This document shows positions 50,771-64,000 of a stretch of DNA of 64,000 bases, piece by piece. The DNA comes from Balanoglossus misakiensis (Eukaryota > Animalia > Hemichordata). The notes beneath the pieces were generated by a model. It had not been told where the DNA came from. It ran no database searches and worked only from the letters and a program-made list of their open reading frames with translations. The stretch is taken from assembly GCA_040954595.2 (NCBI GenBank), contig CM082589.2, positions 9,622,894 through 9,686,893 on the forward strand, in the 5' to 3' direction. How positions within the stretch are numbered: position 1 is the first letter of the stretch; every line of letters begins with the position of its first letter. The position numbers and the translations under genes were made by a program.

Positions 50771-51884
50771 TATTTTGATACATGCTCTGGCTTAACCCTT
50801 TCACCACTATGGTTCAGTCTAAACCTTTTATTTTCTATGGTAAGGTTGGATCTTTAAAGAGGAAACTGTTTTTTTCTGAGAATCTATTTATTTCCTCTGT
50901 CACAAAAATTGCATGGGAGTTCTAATTCTAAAAGGAAAACTGATTTGATAAAAGATCTCAAAGTCAAGTTTTGGATGTGGCTCCATTTCAAGTATTGTAG
51001 GTGACTAGTTTTTCCGGAGTTCAAGTCTGTATACTTGCAGTAGAGTTTGTCACATGGACTTGGGTAATCTGAGTGAGGTCAGAAATTGAACTTACACACA
51101 TTTAGTTGAGTTAAGAACATGTCTGGTGTATTACTGTAATATGACTAGATACTGCAAATGCCTTAACTATAAGTGTATGTTAAAATACAGTTTCCATGGA
51201 CAAATGTGAGTGATGAAATTAAATACACATGTTCATTAAAATCCACCATGATAGAGCGCCCCCACTGTTCAGAATGTCCATTTTGAAGTCCTACATCTAT
51301 GACGTCATGCCTAGCTGTCAATGTTAACTGATGTGCACTTGTACTACTAGTAAATGGAAGTACTTTAAAGTAAAGCTCAGATGCAAGGTTTTGTAAAATA
51401 AATATAATATTAAAACGTTGCCATCATTTTAGTCCTTTGGAACAGCTGTCCTATTGACTAATGTGATCACTCTGTGTACGGCATATGGCATATTAAGCAT
51501 TTAGTATTTTTCAATCAGAAACCGTTAATCCTGTGATTAATTCTTCTTCTTGCAACATTGATTTTAAATCACCACACATGAATATTTTTGTCCAAAGGAC
51601 TGCGATGCCCAAGTTTTTTTATGATAAGATAAACAAACAGTGAAATTCAGTGAAGAAGTGAGCGAGCACTTGCCCATTCATTGTTCAATGAAAGGTGACC
51701 GCCAAAACAAAAGTATTGAGAAAATAACCCGAAGTTGGAGTTGCTGAGTTTTAAATTGATTTCAATAATCTCCCAAGTGAAAAGCTTGGCTTGGCTGAAG
51801 CTCCTGTAGTCATGTTACATGTAGGTAGATTGACACAGATGACAATGTTTGAATGTTTACACTTTTCTTTGTTTGATCTTTCAG

Positions 51885-52136
51885 AGGAATATTCAAGCAC
51901 TGCAGAAGAATCTAGAGATGGCACAGAAAAAAGAACTTGAATTGAAACAACAGCAAGATCAACATGCCAGACAAAGTCAACTCATAGCTCTAAGACAACA
52001 ACATCAACAACAACAGCAATTACAAAGGTTACAACAAGAGAGAGCCCAACAATAACAACAACAACAACAACAAGCAGTGCAAGCACAGCCATCCAATATA
52101 CAATCAACAAATCAACAACTAAAACACCTCTTACAA
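51885..52136 (+). pseudogene. MED25: Q-rich exon, MED25 C-terminal-like, with LxxLL (LKHLL); premature TAA at 52053-52055
   Basis: ttcag|AGG...CAA|gtaagt, 252 nt, phase 0-0. RNIQALQKNLEMAQKKELELKQQQ...AQQ*QQQQQQAV...NQQLKHLLQ. The MED25 call rests on the NR box, recalled similarity to invertebrate MED25 tails, and linkage to the VWA exon. Confidence 0.6.
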
Positions 52137-53700
52137 GTAAGTTGTCATAATAATGTGTACAGTGAATATTTTGAAAACCAAGACTGGTACCAGTGGCACT
52201 TCTGGGAATTGTTATGTGGGGAAAAATGAAATCAGTTTTCTCAAAAAGGAGCTTTCTTGATGGTACAAATAACATGGTCTGTGCCATTCCCAAAATGATT
52301 TTAATGTATTGAAGACCTGACAGTCACACAGAATAAATTCAATGAACTATTTGCCCAACATGACAACTTTTCCCCACACAGATTTAGACGTGGTGGGTAT
52401 GGCTGATTTGCCTCAAATCGGCCATACGCACCACATCTATTAATATTCATGATTTTACTTTTCATGTTTATGTACACTCTTATAACAATAGGAAATCTAG
52501 AGAATGGCTATTTCATCAAGTTGACAACCCCCGCATGTGTAAGTCATGTACATAAACAAAAATAGTCTGGTGTGTGGAGCCTCCTCCCTTTTTACAGGAA
52601 GTACTTTCGAAAAATGTTTATGCAATCAGTTCACACTCATGATCAATTTTGTGTCAGAATTATTGTCCAAGTCAGCATGCCATAGATATATTGATGAAAT
52701 AAACATTGGGACCAATAGGATTAAGGGAGGTGTGACTGGTCCAACCTGTTCAGTTTTAGTGTGGGGGAAAAGCTGGAAGGAAAGCAGACCTAAATTACTG
52801 ACAAAGAAATACAACAAATCTTGTCTCATTCTTATTTTCAATTCCTCTAGTTTTTCCATGGTACCAGTGTGGAAGCACTGATGATAACCTCTGACAGACA
52901 GTTTTAAATGACGACAATCATCTTACTCTTATGCACATATGCGTTAATTTTGTGTGTACAAAATAACGTCCAATCCAAATATTCTGCACAATTTTATGTG
53001 CGTGCATTCATATAGTGGACTGCCTTCGCTTCCTTCTATATTTCTTGCATGCCAGATAAGAAGAATTTAGTTTTGTCTCTTCTTTTCACTCAATTTGCTG
53101 TCTTTTCCTAATCTATGACACAGACTATGGTTGCCGCCACCTTGTCTGTTGTTAAGACAGCACTTGAGGCATAGATAACAATTTTGTAACTAGAGTCTCT
53201 GCTTTGGCAAATGTGTGTTAGATGAACATTACACTTTAACAAAAGTCTGCTTAGAATTTAAATCATATTCTCTTCAAAATGTCTGCATCTGAGAACATGG
53301 TGAATTAAAGCTGCAAGCAGTGTTCACTGGGCCCAAGCAATTCCCAGGGTTCCTACAGAATGCTAAGGATTATCTGCTGTAGATACCCAAAATTTTGTCA
53401 AAAAGTTTTGATCCTAAACTGATCTATGTCCTACAAAATCTAAACTTCTAGATCTATTGGTTAGCCTAGAATTAGGAGTGTACATAATTAATTAGGTCAA
53501 CAGGGGTCTTGAAACTAACCATCAATTTTAGACACAGCCTAAATCAATTTCCCATTGTACAGTAACTAACTATATGCCGCCCTAAATTTCAGTCTGATTG
53601 ACAAATGTAAAGAAAATTAAAAAGAAGTGTCTCCTGATACATTGCCATTTGCTGTGAAGTGACTTTAAAAGAAAACTGTTTTGTTTGTATTTAACTGCAG

Positions 53701-53896
53701 CAGCAGCAACAAGCCAGCGGAACAAAAGCAACCATTCCACCACCACAACAACAAACATGGCAACAACAACAACAACAGCAACAGTTATCACAACAACAAC
53801 AACAACAGCTGTAACTAGGACAACAGCCACGGCCGCGACCACAGGTACCTCAGATGGACTTGGCACCCAGCATGCAACAAACACTGCAACAATCAT
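53701..53896 (+). pseudogene. PolyQ exon with premature TAA at 53812-53814
   Basis: tgcag acceptor, phase 0. QQQQASGTKATIPPPQQQTWQQQQQQQQLSQQQQQQL*LGQQPRPRPQVPQM... Donor uncertain. Confidence 0.6.
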
Positions 53897-54643
53897 GTAG
53901 TAATCTGCTGGCTGTTGACATGAGTCTTTTTGATATTCCGAATCAATAAATTCTTACAGGAAACTGACTATAATGAACAGGAGACTGTTCATGCCTTCAT
54001 TACCGTTGTAACTTCTATATACTAAATGAAACCCAGATGCCCAAAGAAATGTCAGAAAATTCTCAAGGTTTTTTCCAGACAGTCAAGTATTGGGGATTTG
54101 GAATATTTATCACTCTCATTTACTGTATACAGACATATCCATTCCAAAGCTATCACCTCCACTCATTCTTCAGTGTTCCTTGATTTAAAAAAAAAAATTT
54201 AAACAGATCAAATAACACGAAATTGTTATTCCAGTGTAGTAACATAATATACTCGGTCTGTACTAATTCTTGCATTAGCTTTACATTGTTTCCATCATAA
54301 TGCCTTATTTCAATATAACCATATTTGTATGCTGGGAGGATGTAACTAGTTGTCAGTGTCTATTGTAATACAAAGTATGCCATACACAAAGCAACTGTGC
54401 ATTGTCTTCTGGTGTGAAAAAATGATACTTAGGATGTATGTAAAATGGGAAATTTTCATGAGAGATAAATTCGCCCGAATCATGCAAGTGCTAAAAAAAC
54501 ACGAAACTAAAAAGTCGCGTAAACATGTTTTTCAGAAATAATGATGAATTGAAATTCGAGAATGCGAAAATTAATCGTTGCATAACAGTTGCCACATTTG
54601 ATATTATGAAAATTTCCCGTTGCGAAAATTTCATGTTTTACAG

Positions 54644-55016
54644 TATATAGCCATATTTTTTCCACTTCCAAAACTAACATCAAGAGTGATGCATGCCACT
54701 GGCCCAATAAAGCCTGATAGCTCTTGCTGGGAATTGTGATGTAACTACCATCCCCCTTAAAGTCACTGACATAAACTGAACAATGGCGATTGTGTGTAAG
54801 GTTATAGTAAAGGCAAGGCTAATTTAAATTTAAAATGGTACCAATCCTTAATCACACATATGTATCCTTTGACCAATCATTGGAAAAACAAAGTCCGTGA
54901 TTGACTTCAAAGTAATGCTAATTACATCACGATTCCCTGCAAGGGGTATCATGCTTTATTGGGCCAGTGGCATGCATAGTTTTTTGAAAGCAAAGCAGAT
55001 AAAATACAGCTATATA
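54644..55016. mobile_element. Palindromic MITE with ~100-bp imperfect TIRs
   Basis: TATATAGC...ATGCATGCCACTGGCCCAATAAAGC matches the inverted GCTTTATTGGGCCAGTGGCATGCAT...GCTATATA. Confidence 0.75.
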
Positions 55017-57199
55017 CTAGACTAATACCTTATTAACTCCTGATCATTGGAGAATGTATCTCTAAAGTTACTCTCTATCGCTCCCTCAGGGAAGAGAGCA
55101 ATAGACAGCTCTTTCAGTGTCAGAACTTCCAGTTGTATACCAATCATTTGTATTACCCAATCACAGACTTTGTGTTATTGGTCATTTATCTATCCAATTG
55201 AAACTCACATGTTCATTGGAGCATTACACCAAAGAAGTCACACTATAACAGTGACAATACAACACTTGCAAAAACATGGATTGCTCAGGTCAGCCTATCT
55301 GGTTCCAGATTATGTGACCCAACTAATGCAGCTATAATGAATGTGTTTGGTTATATACAGAGAATTGTAGGTTGTATGAGACATGTTAATATTACACTCT
55401 AGCATGGGGCAATGTATATTTATCATGTGAAAGCCACGAAGTCACTAGCTCTTGATGTTCATTTTCTATTTTTGTTGTTGAATAATTTGTTATGAAATTG
55501 GATTGAAGCTGAACTCACAGCATATGTGTGGACATAACACGTTTATACGTCCATGTAATAATTTTTGTTAAAGCCAAACAATTAAATATCACCATTATAA
55601 CAAAATTAACAACAATCTAACCCCGGGGCTGTCACTAATTTGAATGGATACCGATCCAGAGTTAATGTTTCATTGGGAAGTCTAACAGTGTTTTGAAATG
55701 TCACATTGTAATTTGAAAGTTTGGGCTTGGGCAGTGACAATGACATTGTTTGTGTACACAATTTGAAATGGAGCTCTTTGAAAAGAGAAAAGTGGTGTGT
55801 GGAAAAGAATGAAGTCTTTGGGCTTATATCAGGTGCCTTCATTTGACTCTCAAGGAGAGTTTTGTAAAACAATTAACTTGTTGTGTGTCAGCATTATTGG
55901 GAAAGATTAAGCACACACATGTATACAGGTTAGATAAAAATGGAAAATTACCATCAGCCTTTTTTCTTAGCACTCTCACCATTCACCCCCAGTTCCCTGT
56001 GTAGACATCCAACTTTTCCAACAGAAACAATGGATTTGGACCGAACCATTAGTTCATTTGAATACCGGTATGTATGTAATATCTGTATTTATAACATACC
56101 TCATGCTAACACTGTGTCATGATTCGCCAGAATCCGTCAGGTGATAAGAAAATAGAATCGACTATGAATCCCTTGGGGAAATAGCAGAAAATATATAAAC
56201 TGGTCACGTGACCAAAGGGATATAAAAGAATCCCATGCATATACATAGTCAGTTCACCTCTGTAGCCAGACTGGCCATACATATGAACTGATGATGTCCC
56301 TGTTTTAGGCATATGGCTTGTGAAACTGTTAAACCATTTTGTTGTGTTTTGTGTTTGGTGATCGGCAAAATCCGTGACAAGCATGGTAGAATCAAACTAT
56401 TAGATGCATGTTAAGAAATATAGTCAATTATTAGGAAGTGACCATAGTTGCCAAACGATTAAAATCACATTTTTAATAACAATATTCACATGTCATTGTT
56501 TCTACATTTCTAGAATTTCAGCCATTCATTTTATGTTTGTGTAAAGAATGACACCCTGAGGCTGTTGAATCATGTATAGTGCTGAAGGGAAGGGGGGACA
56601 CCACTCCTCAATTTCTTTCATTTTGCAAAAGATGCTAAGTTGGTTTATTTTTTTCCGGATATTGCTTATATTGTAATGAAAGTTTGGTATGTTATGCAGT
56701 TCTTAAGAAGAGCTTTTGACAAACATTTCAGTGTACTTTCAAGACTGCTAGAGTATGTACATAGTGTATGCAGCGTTAGGAAGAAATATCTTTGATATTT
56801 TTATTCTAACAATTTTCCTATCAGGATAAACAAGTAGACAGAGATATCATGTTAGGATTTTTGCATACATAAAATAAATATTCTGATAAAATGAGTGCTT
56901 TTGTCTGTCTCTTTGATTTCAGGTGAGGATCAGCCGCTCCAACAAATGGTCTGCTTACTTCCCTTTTTCATCTGATTAAAATCAAATGTAGTGTTAGGCG
57001 CTGGTGATGATTTTGGCTATTCTGTTCTCAGTTGTTAGCTGGGAACTACTGGTCAGATTGCTTTGAAAAGTGGTATGCATGTTTCTTATGCCAAGATCAT
57101 AGAGCTATATAAGTTCTAAGCTAACATCGTGAATTGTCTACTTTTTATGAATGTTTTGTCTTTTAACACAATGGTAAAATATTTTCTATGAAAGTAATT

Positions 57200-58480
57200 G
57201 GCTGATTTCTTTAACATTTAGTATAAATCTTCCTATAGGTGTAATTGTTGCAAAGTTTGCACATTTGTAATTATGAGCCAAATTTTGCAATTTTTGGTCA
57301 AAAATCGTTTTCTCTGAAACCTCGTGCTTGTCAGATTGCTTTGGGAATTGGTAGGCATGTTCTCAGGGTTAAGCAATTGTAAGTTGTTTGAAAATTTTGT
57401 TGAAATTTGCTTATTTGTGTTCTTGAGGTAACTTGTGATTTTCTTGTTGAAACCACTTGTCAGATTGCTTTGAACTTTGGTAAGCATGTTCTCATCGAAG
57501 TAAGATATTGTATAATTTTGGTGATGTTTGCATTTTTGTGTTTGGCAGTTTTGGGACAGTTTTTTTAAATTAGATCATATCTATTTGTTTGGTATTAGGT
57601 CATTAACAAAAAATTAAGTCATAGAGTTGGTCACACATATTACTTATAGCACAAGTTTGAAAAAAATGACCAGTTTGTGTCGCGTTATCTGCTTTCATTG
57701 AGGAGTAACAGCGCCCGCAAGTCAAGTGTTTATGTCACATTTGTATTGGTATATTCCAGTGGGACCTTATGAGATCGGTACGTTGCATCTGTATGGATGT
57801 ATGGGAGTATGTCCATCCACATCAAAAACTTGAAGACTGCTACGCGTACAACCTCGATATTTGGTGTGTAGATGCATACCGGGTTGTAGATGGGAGTTTG
57901 TTCAAACGAAGTTGACATTGCCAAAAATATGCAAATTTTCTGGGAAAAACCTTAATTTGGTCAAAACTCAGAAACTCAGCAACCCCTGGTCATAATGATT
58001 CTGTATGTTTTGAGGTAATACTTTGAATTTTCTATTTTTCGCATTTGTTTGTCTTTTTCTACATTTTTGTAAAAAAACTACCTTTCTGGAATTAATCAGC
58101 CCACCTCTTTGAAATTTAGTATGGAGCTTCATATAGGTGATCTGAGTTACTAAAGTTTTGTTTAAATTGCTGCAAAATTTGCGAGCAATTTTTACCTTTT
58201 TGATCATTTTTTAAATGTAAAACAGCTCATAGATTGCTTTGGAAATTTGCATGTATGTTTGTCAAATCAACTAGAAGAATTTAATATTATATTTTTGGGG
58301 TGATTTTTGCCATTTTTGGTCAAAACTCTTTCTCAGAACCCTCTACTCCATTGCTTTCAAATTTGATTTAAAGGTTCCTGGGTGCGTTGTCATGATAATT
58401 TACAAAACCAATGATGAAAGTGTCAATGCTTTTTGTTGGCAATATCTTGTATTTTGGGGGCATATTTTCCAATTTTGAAA
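57200..58480 (-). repeat. Interspersed repeat with degenerate subrepeats (TTGTCAGATTGCTTTG, TTTTGGTCAAAA); related stretch at ~60640-61110
   Basis: The motifs recur several times in both stretches and resemble the reverse complement of 43100-43750. Boundaries approximate. Confidence 0.5.
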
Positions 58481-61400
58481 AATAATAGTTCCCAGTGTAT
58501 TACTCTAAAATTGAGTTAATAGTATTGGAATTATAATGGAATCAAATTATAGGTAATTCGGAACTTTTATATTTTGTAGGGTATTTTGTTATATACAAAA
58601 ACAAAATTCATCTCCGCGACCAGCTGTTCTTTTTGGTGCATGGACAGTGTTGGCCTGTCGATTTATCTATATTTAGAAAATTTGATCAAATTCAAACTTG
58701 AATTGCATTGAATCAATTTTAATTCCCGCCAAGAACACTTTATTGACTACAAACGTTTGTTTTGTTGGATGGGTAAAATTTAAGACCTCTCGACCAACGC
58801 AGAGTGAAGTTTAATACTTTTGAAGTTGTCAAAATCGACTAAACAGAGCGAGAAAAACGGCAATTTGCGCTGTCGGCACATTTCTTCTCCTGCCTCGAAT
58901 TATCGACACCAGGACCCCCCCCCCCCCAAAAAAAATATCAATTATGGATCATCAAATAACTAGACTGCATCGTCCATGAAATCAAACTCGACGACAAAAA
59001 AACTTCGCCGATTCCGAGGTAAACGCATCCCGACAGGATAAGAACTCCGCTATTTGATGTCATCTGATTTCTCTGTAAACATTGGTTGGTCGTTACTTCG
59101 GGAATGGCACTTAATCTTCTCGGTTCGGCCTTTAATTTCCATGACCCCGGTTGTTTCGGCCAAGACGCAAACTGGTTCTTCACTTTGTAGTTCAGTAAAG
59201 TTGGCGAATGGGATAGTCTGTTAATGGTGAATGCAGGCCTGAACGCAGTGCTAGCGAACGGGACAAATTGACATAATAAAAGCGAGCGTGTTGTCAGATT
59301 AGTGGGACTGTCATATCATGAACACAATACGGGAGGCGTGATAAGGGCATTATAAAGAGCGAGCGTGAAACAGACATGGAAACGATCGACAGTACGGTAC
59401 AGTGGCTGTGGGTAGAGCGAGCATGTTGCTGTGCCGAACACATTCACCATGTTTGTTAAATACAACACACACCGACTTGACCTGCGGCCGCAGCTGCAGC
59501 TTCCTAACGCGCCCTAATCCAAGCAGTTTACGATCTCGTGGATCGTGGTTGGACCAACAAAATGACCCAGAAAGAGAACCACATTAGGAAGTATTATAGG
59601 TCTGTTTCCTCAAAGTCGAATAGGTGCAAAACTTAACGCACATCAAAATGTTGCCCAGACAACGGAAGTTAGCAGTTTGCTTGCTCGGTTTGAAATGCGC
59701 GGCTGTGGTAGAAAATTACCCCCTGTTCTTTGGGACGTGAGCCACCCCCCTGAGACAATGGTGCACTCACACTCGAGAACATAGGTTTGCTATTTGCATA
59801 TACAAATGGAATATTCCTTCGAATGCGAGCATGTTCCAGTGCGTTCTAAAATAATAAAATATGCAGCTATAGCATGTATGCATATTCATTAGTGTGTCGT
59901 AATGCTAACTATGGTCTGTGATTGGGTAACAAGTCCCACTCTCCATAACAACAGGTGATCATTGACCCGTTTCCGGTGTGCGACGCCGGGTTTCGACCAC
60001 TTTCCTTCTTACTGCCGCGGGATCAAGACGTCTTTTCGGTAGGCTCATAATCCAGTCATTGCTTTTAGTACCATAGCCTATGTAGCTACGTTACCGTCGC
60101 TCGATTGTTTAGTCTGGTATTAGGTGATTTGCAGCTATCCGTTCAACACCTTGTAGTTGAACAGAAGTAGGTCTTATTCCAGAAAAAAATCCGAGCTACG
60201 GGCGTGCAGCTAGCCATGCCTCTCGGCCATTCTGTGTATGGCTTCGCTGCTGACCCTGAGGTCATAATCGAGAAAGTCTAGACATATTTATAGGGTTATA
60301 CTCTGTGAGAATTTTATTGCTAGGCCTCTTGCCTAAGCGCACGTAGAGCCAGTGTTTGCATTTTTTTTTAATTTTACGGTTTAAACGTGGTTGGTGTATT
60401 TTCGCTTTTCTGTTTGTTTTTTCGTAACATTTTACTGTTTACATGTTGTTGGCGTATTTTCGCTTTTCTGGTGTGATTTCCACCTCACTGTTGGCATACT
60501 TAAACAATTATCCTAATTTTTATTGGGCAAACCGATAAAACCAAAACCACCACAAGTAAAGAAAATTGTAATCTGTTTGGTGATAACCCTTTTAGCTTTG
60601 AGAGATAACCGATTTGATGTTTTAGTAAAACCAAATTTTTGACCAGGGTGACAAGCATTTTTTTCTCTGAGAGTCGTGTTGCTTTGAAGCATACATTTGG
60701 ATATATGGTCCCATTTGATGAAAACCTGGTTGATGAAAAATGTGCATATTTATAATTTTGTAGAATTTTTTGTCTTTTTTGGTCAAAAATTGTTTTATCT
60801 AAAACTGCTTGTCAGATTGCTTTCAAATTTTGCAGGGTTGTTCCTTGGGAATAATTAAGTGAGATGTTTTAGAAAAATACTTGAAATATGCATATTTGCG
60901 TTTTGTGTGTGATAGTTTTGGAATTTTTCATTAAAAATTATTTTCTTTCAAACTGATTGTCAGATTGCCTTGAGCTTTGGTAGGCATGTTCCCTGAAGCG
61001 ATTGACGTAAGATATTGTACAATTTTGGTGAAAATACTGATTTTTCTGAAACTGCATATGGGATTGCTTTGAAATTTGATAGTATTATTGCAATGGGTAA
61101 CCCAAGTTTTGTCTGATTGTGTTGATTTCCCTATACTGAGACTCGCCAAGTACACTATATGTTTATATCACTAGAGAGTTCAGAATCCAATATGGCCGCC
61201 ATACGAACTGGGACATACTGTGTAATCTGATTATTTTCTAAACTTGTCATATTTTAATTTCTCGATCTCACAAATAAAAATGAAATGCCAAAAACTTAGT
61301 AACTTTCGTTTCTTCCCGCTTGGTGTCCATTAAAGTCTTTTTCCTCCCACTGGGAAAGTGGCTAGAGTCAATATGTGCATAATGGCAGCATTATATGGCA

Positions 61401-62981
61401 CTGAATAAATGGCAGGGGTGTTTACATCTCCTAATTTGTTTTCACTTAAACCATGATAAATATCTAACATTATATGATCATATTGTGTATGCAACTCGGA
61501 GATGCGTTTCACTTCAGGGTTGGAAGTTTGTTTAGTCAAGTCTGGGAAGTGACATGTCTTCAAAGTGACTGATGTTATCTGCTTAGAGCTGAATGCCCAT
61601 GGGTGTTCTTTCCTAGAAATACATTTTCTTTGCATTTCATAGACCTGTGTATAATTATAATTTCAGTTATATATTCTAATTTGTGTTTAGGTAGAGTATG
61701 CATGGAATTAAAATAATTATTCTGTAATTACCCAACAAAAATGTTTGTCTTACAATTGTCTAGCAAGTGGGTATTTTGATTGTTAATTTGCACAGGCAAC
61801 ATTATGGAAGTAGCATAAAGAGTATTCGATAATATAGCAGACCTTCTAGCCAGAAAGAAGAGCTTAGAAGATTTATCAGCTCATAATATTCCTTTAACCA
61901 ATGAACTTTATATGAACTTGCACACCTGCCTTCAAGATACAGGGATTAATGTTCAGGAAACCTTACCAGCTCTAGTACATTTATTTCAGCCAGAAATTGA
62001 ATTACCAGAAAAAAAAATCAGTAATGTTACAAAGAAACAGTAAGAAAATAAATGGAGAAAGCCAGCAAGGAAGGCAGAAAAGTGGAATACATGAAATACA
62101 CAGTTTGCTTAAACTACATGTGTATGCAGTAAAAACTGTATGGTGCAAGGACGTTCAGTTTTATGATTTATAGCCAGCCAGTCTTTCCATGCATATCATA
62201 CCAAAATTAATATGAAAATCGTGTAAATGTTAATAGACTACAAGGATAGTACAAATACATGTAGACATTACACTATCCAACTTTCTCCACTTTTGATATC
62301 TGCCCAACACAGGCAAGCAAAAGGGCCGATCTGAGAGTTTGACTTGAATGATGGCAATTTTTGCTGTCCAGAAGTAACTGTATAAAATATTTTTGGTAGT
62401 AGTATTATTGCTCAAAATACACAAGAATTTAAATATTTCCACTCACTACAGTGATTGAACTGATTTTCAGCAAATTGCAGTGTATAAACAGATATTGCCA
62501 TCTAATGAAATATCAATCCAATATGGCCGCCCATTTGCAATGGTAAAATGCTAGGTTTTTCCTTTTTTGAGCGCCTGGGAATTTAAATTGTAATCCAGAT
62601 ATCAAAAACTGAAGTCACTATCTGTATCTGCACATATATTGTAATATATTCTGAAAATTTCGTTACAATTAGATCAACTATGATTGAGACACGGAACATC
62701 AAACATTGCAAAATTTCATATTTCCCATGGTGCCATGCAAAAAATAGAGAGATTTTCTTTACAAGTTTAGATGATCTCCTGTAAAACTGAAAGAAGTATT
62801 CTTCTGTGAATCGTGCATAATTTTTTGAAAAATGTTGAAGATACTTGAGAATATCAGTATTTTTTGATGCTTTTGTACCTTGAAAACTGGTGAACCGATT
62901 TTGATAATTTTCTTTATTATAACCTACAAAGACCTATAAAATTTTTTATCAGTAAAATAAACAGCCTTATATAATTTTACC

Positions 62982-63253
62982 GGTCCAGCTGTTACAGAGA
63001 CCACCGGCTATTTTATTATAAACTGGTGGTAGGTCAGTGAATGCCTCTGTCTGATTGGACTAATTAGCTTGTCATACTCGCATATATTTTACAGACAGTT
63101 TTTGGACAAAAATCAGTTGTGGTCCAGCTGTTACAGAGACCACCGGTTATTTTATTATAAACTGGTGGTAGGTCAGTGAATGCCTCTGTCTGATTGGACT
63201 AATTAGCTTGTCATACTCGCATGTATTTTACAGACAGTTTTTGGACAAAAATC
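62982..63253. repeat. Tandem duplication, period 139 bp, two near-identical copies
   Basis: GGTCCAGCTGTTACAGAGACCACCGG... starts at 62982 and 63121; two substitutions seen. Confidence 0.92.
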
Positions 63254-64000
63254 TGTTTTTTTTAGTGCTGCTTGTAAGATTGCAGTGACACATAACACTT
63301 GATTGAGCATGGTGAATTTTTTTATGTTTCCATAGTATTTGAATATTTTTGCCATATATGCTTGCCAATGTCGCCCGCGATTTAATTCTGGTGAATACCT
63401 AAAATCTGTGTAATCCCCAAATGGCACAACAGTTTCCTATACGCTATGTTTTAAGAAGTTAATTATACATAGACATAGTGACCTCTGGCTTACCATTTCT
63501 AGCCATCCACAACAGATACAGAGTTTGCTTTCTGTTGGAACCATGCTAACTGCTTTGGCCCCTGTAATGTTGCATGTTCCTTTAATTGTCTTCTTCATGT
63601 TGGCCATATTGGATTTTCTGATAACCTCTTAAAGTTGACATTTTTTCAAAACTACATGGCCAATCAAGTTCTAATTTACTGTCCCTTCCAATTTTTTTCA
63701 ATAATATTGTTAGTGGTCATGCGACTTTGGATTCATTATGGATTGTTGAAAAATCTCATTTAACATTTCCAAAATCTTTTTCTAATCAAGTTTTCAAGTG
63801 TATTGTGATTAGTTAAACCTTATTGGAGCCAAATTGGACTTTCTGAACTCTAATTAAAGACAAAGATTTCCTATTTCTAGCCTACTCATTTAAAGCACAC
63901 ATTCATTTTATTGATACGAGTCACCATATGTATAGAATACGTTACATTTTTGGCAAATTTCACATGTCCTTTGATTCAGATTTGTTAGAACTGAATTGTA

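Noticed and set aside
28917-53814. Alternative genetic code (TAA = Gln), since all three stops in Q-rich exons are TAA within Gln runs
   Set aside because: CAA-to-TAA is the most likely nonsense change in CAA-rich sequence. The locus also has a TGA, lost cysteines and frameshifts, which fits ordinary pseudogene decay.
51982-53900. Poly-Val and poly-Thr ORFs as membrane or mucin proteins
   Set aside because: They are other-frame or antisense readings of the CAA/CAG polyQ exons.
58938-60220. THAP-domain gene on the minus strand
   Set aside because: Only a vague LK..AIP resemblance; no C2CH signature found.

Overview
AT-rich animal genomic DNA, probably a marine invertebrate (inference). Bases 1-19197 are a satellite array of ~146 monomers of 130-134 bp, with variable higher-order repeats and a more diverged edge. 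The flank is transposon-dense and holds a disabled, spliced + strand gene relic with an odd order: MED25-like exons (VWA exons, P/Q-rich exons, C-terminal polyQ exons with LxxLL) enclose four calcium-binding EGF exons, and I could find no ACID/PTOV exons. One intron holds a complete ~14.4 kb Academ (AcademX-type) DNA transposon (32489-46858; 32-bp TIRs, TGTA TSD). Its decayed ORF has transposase, XPG/FEN1-like nuclease and Cys-rich domains, plus an OTU-like protease domain inside the transposase. It is interrupted by a Tx1/L1 LINE, a Kolobok-like MITE, a Transib-like MITE, a 3.4 kb palindromic Penelope insertion with two minimal hammerhead ribozymes, an unclassified repeat and an L2 fragment. 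A Harbinger-like TIR element carrying a spliced BEN-domain gene and many MITEs are also present. All family calls come from motif recognition by eye; no database search was run.
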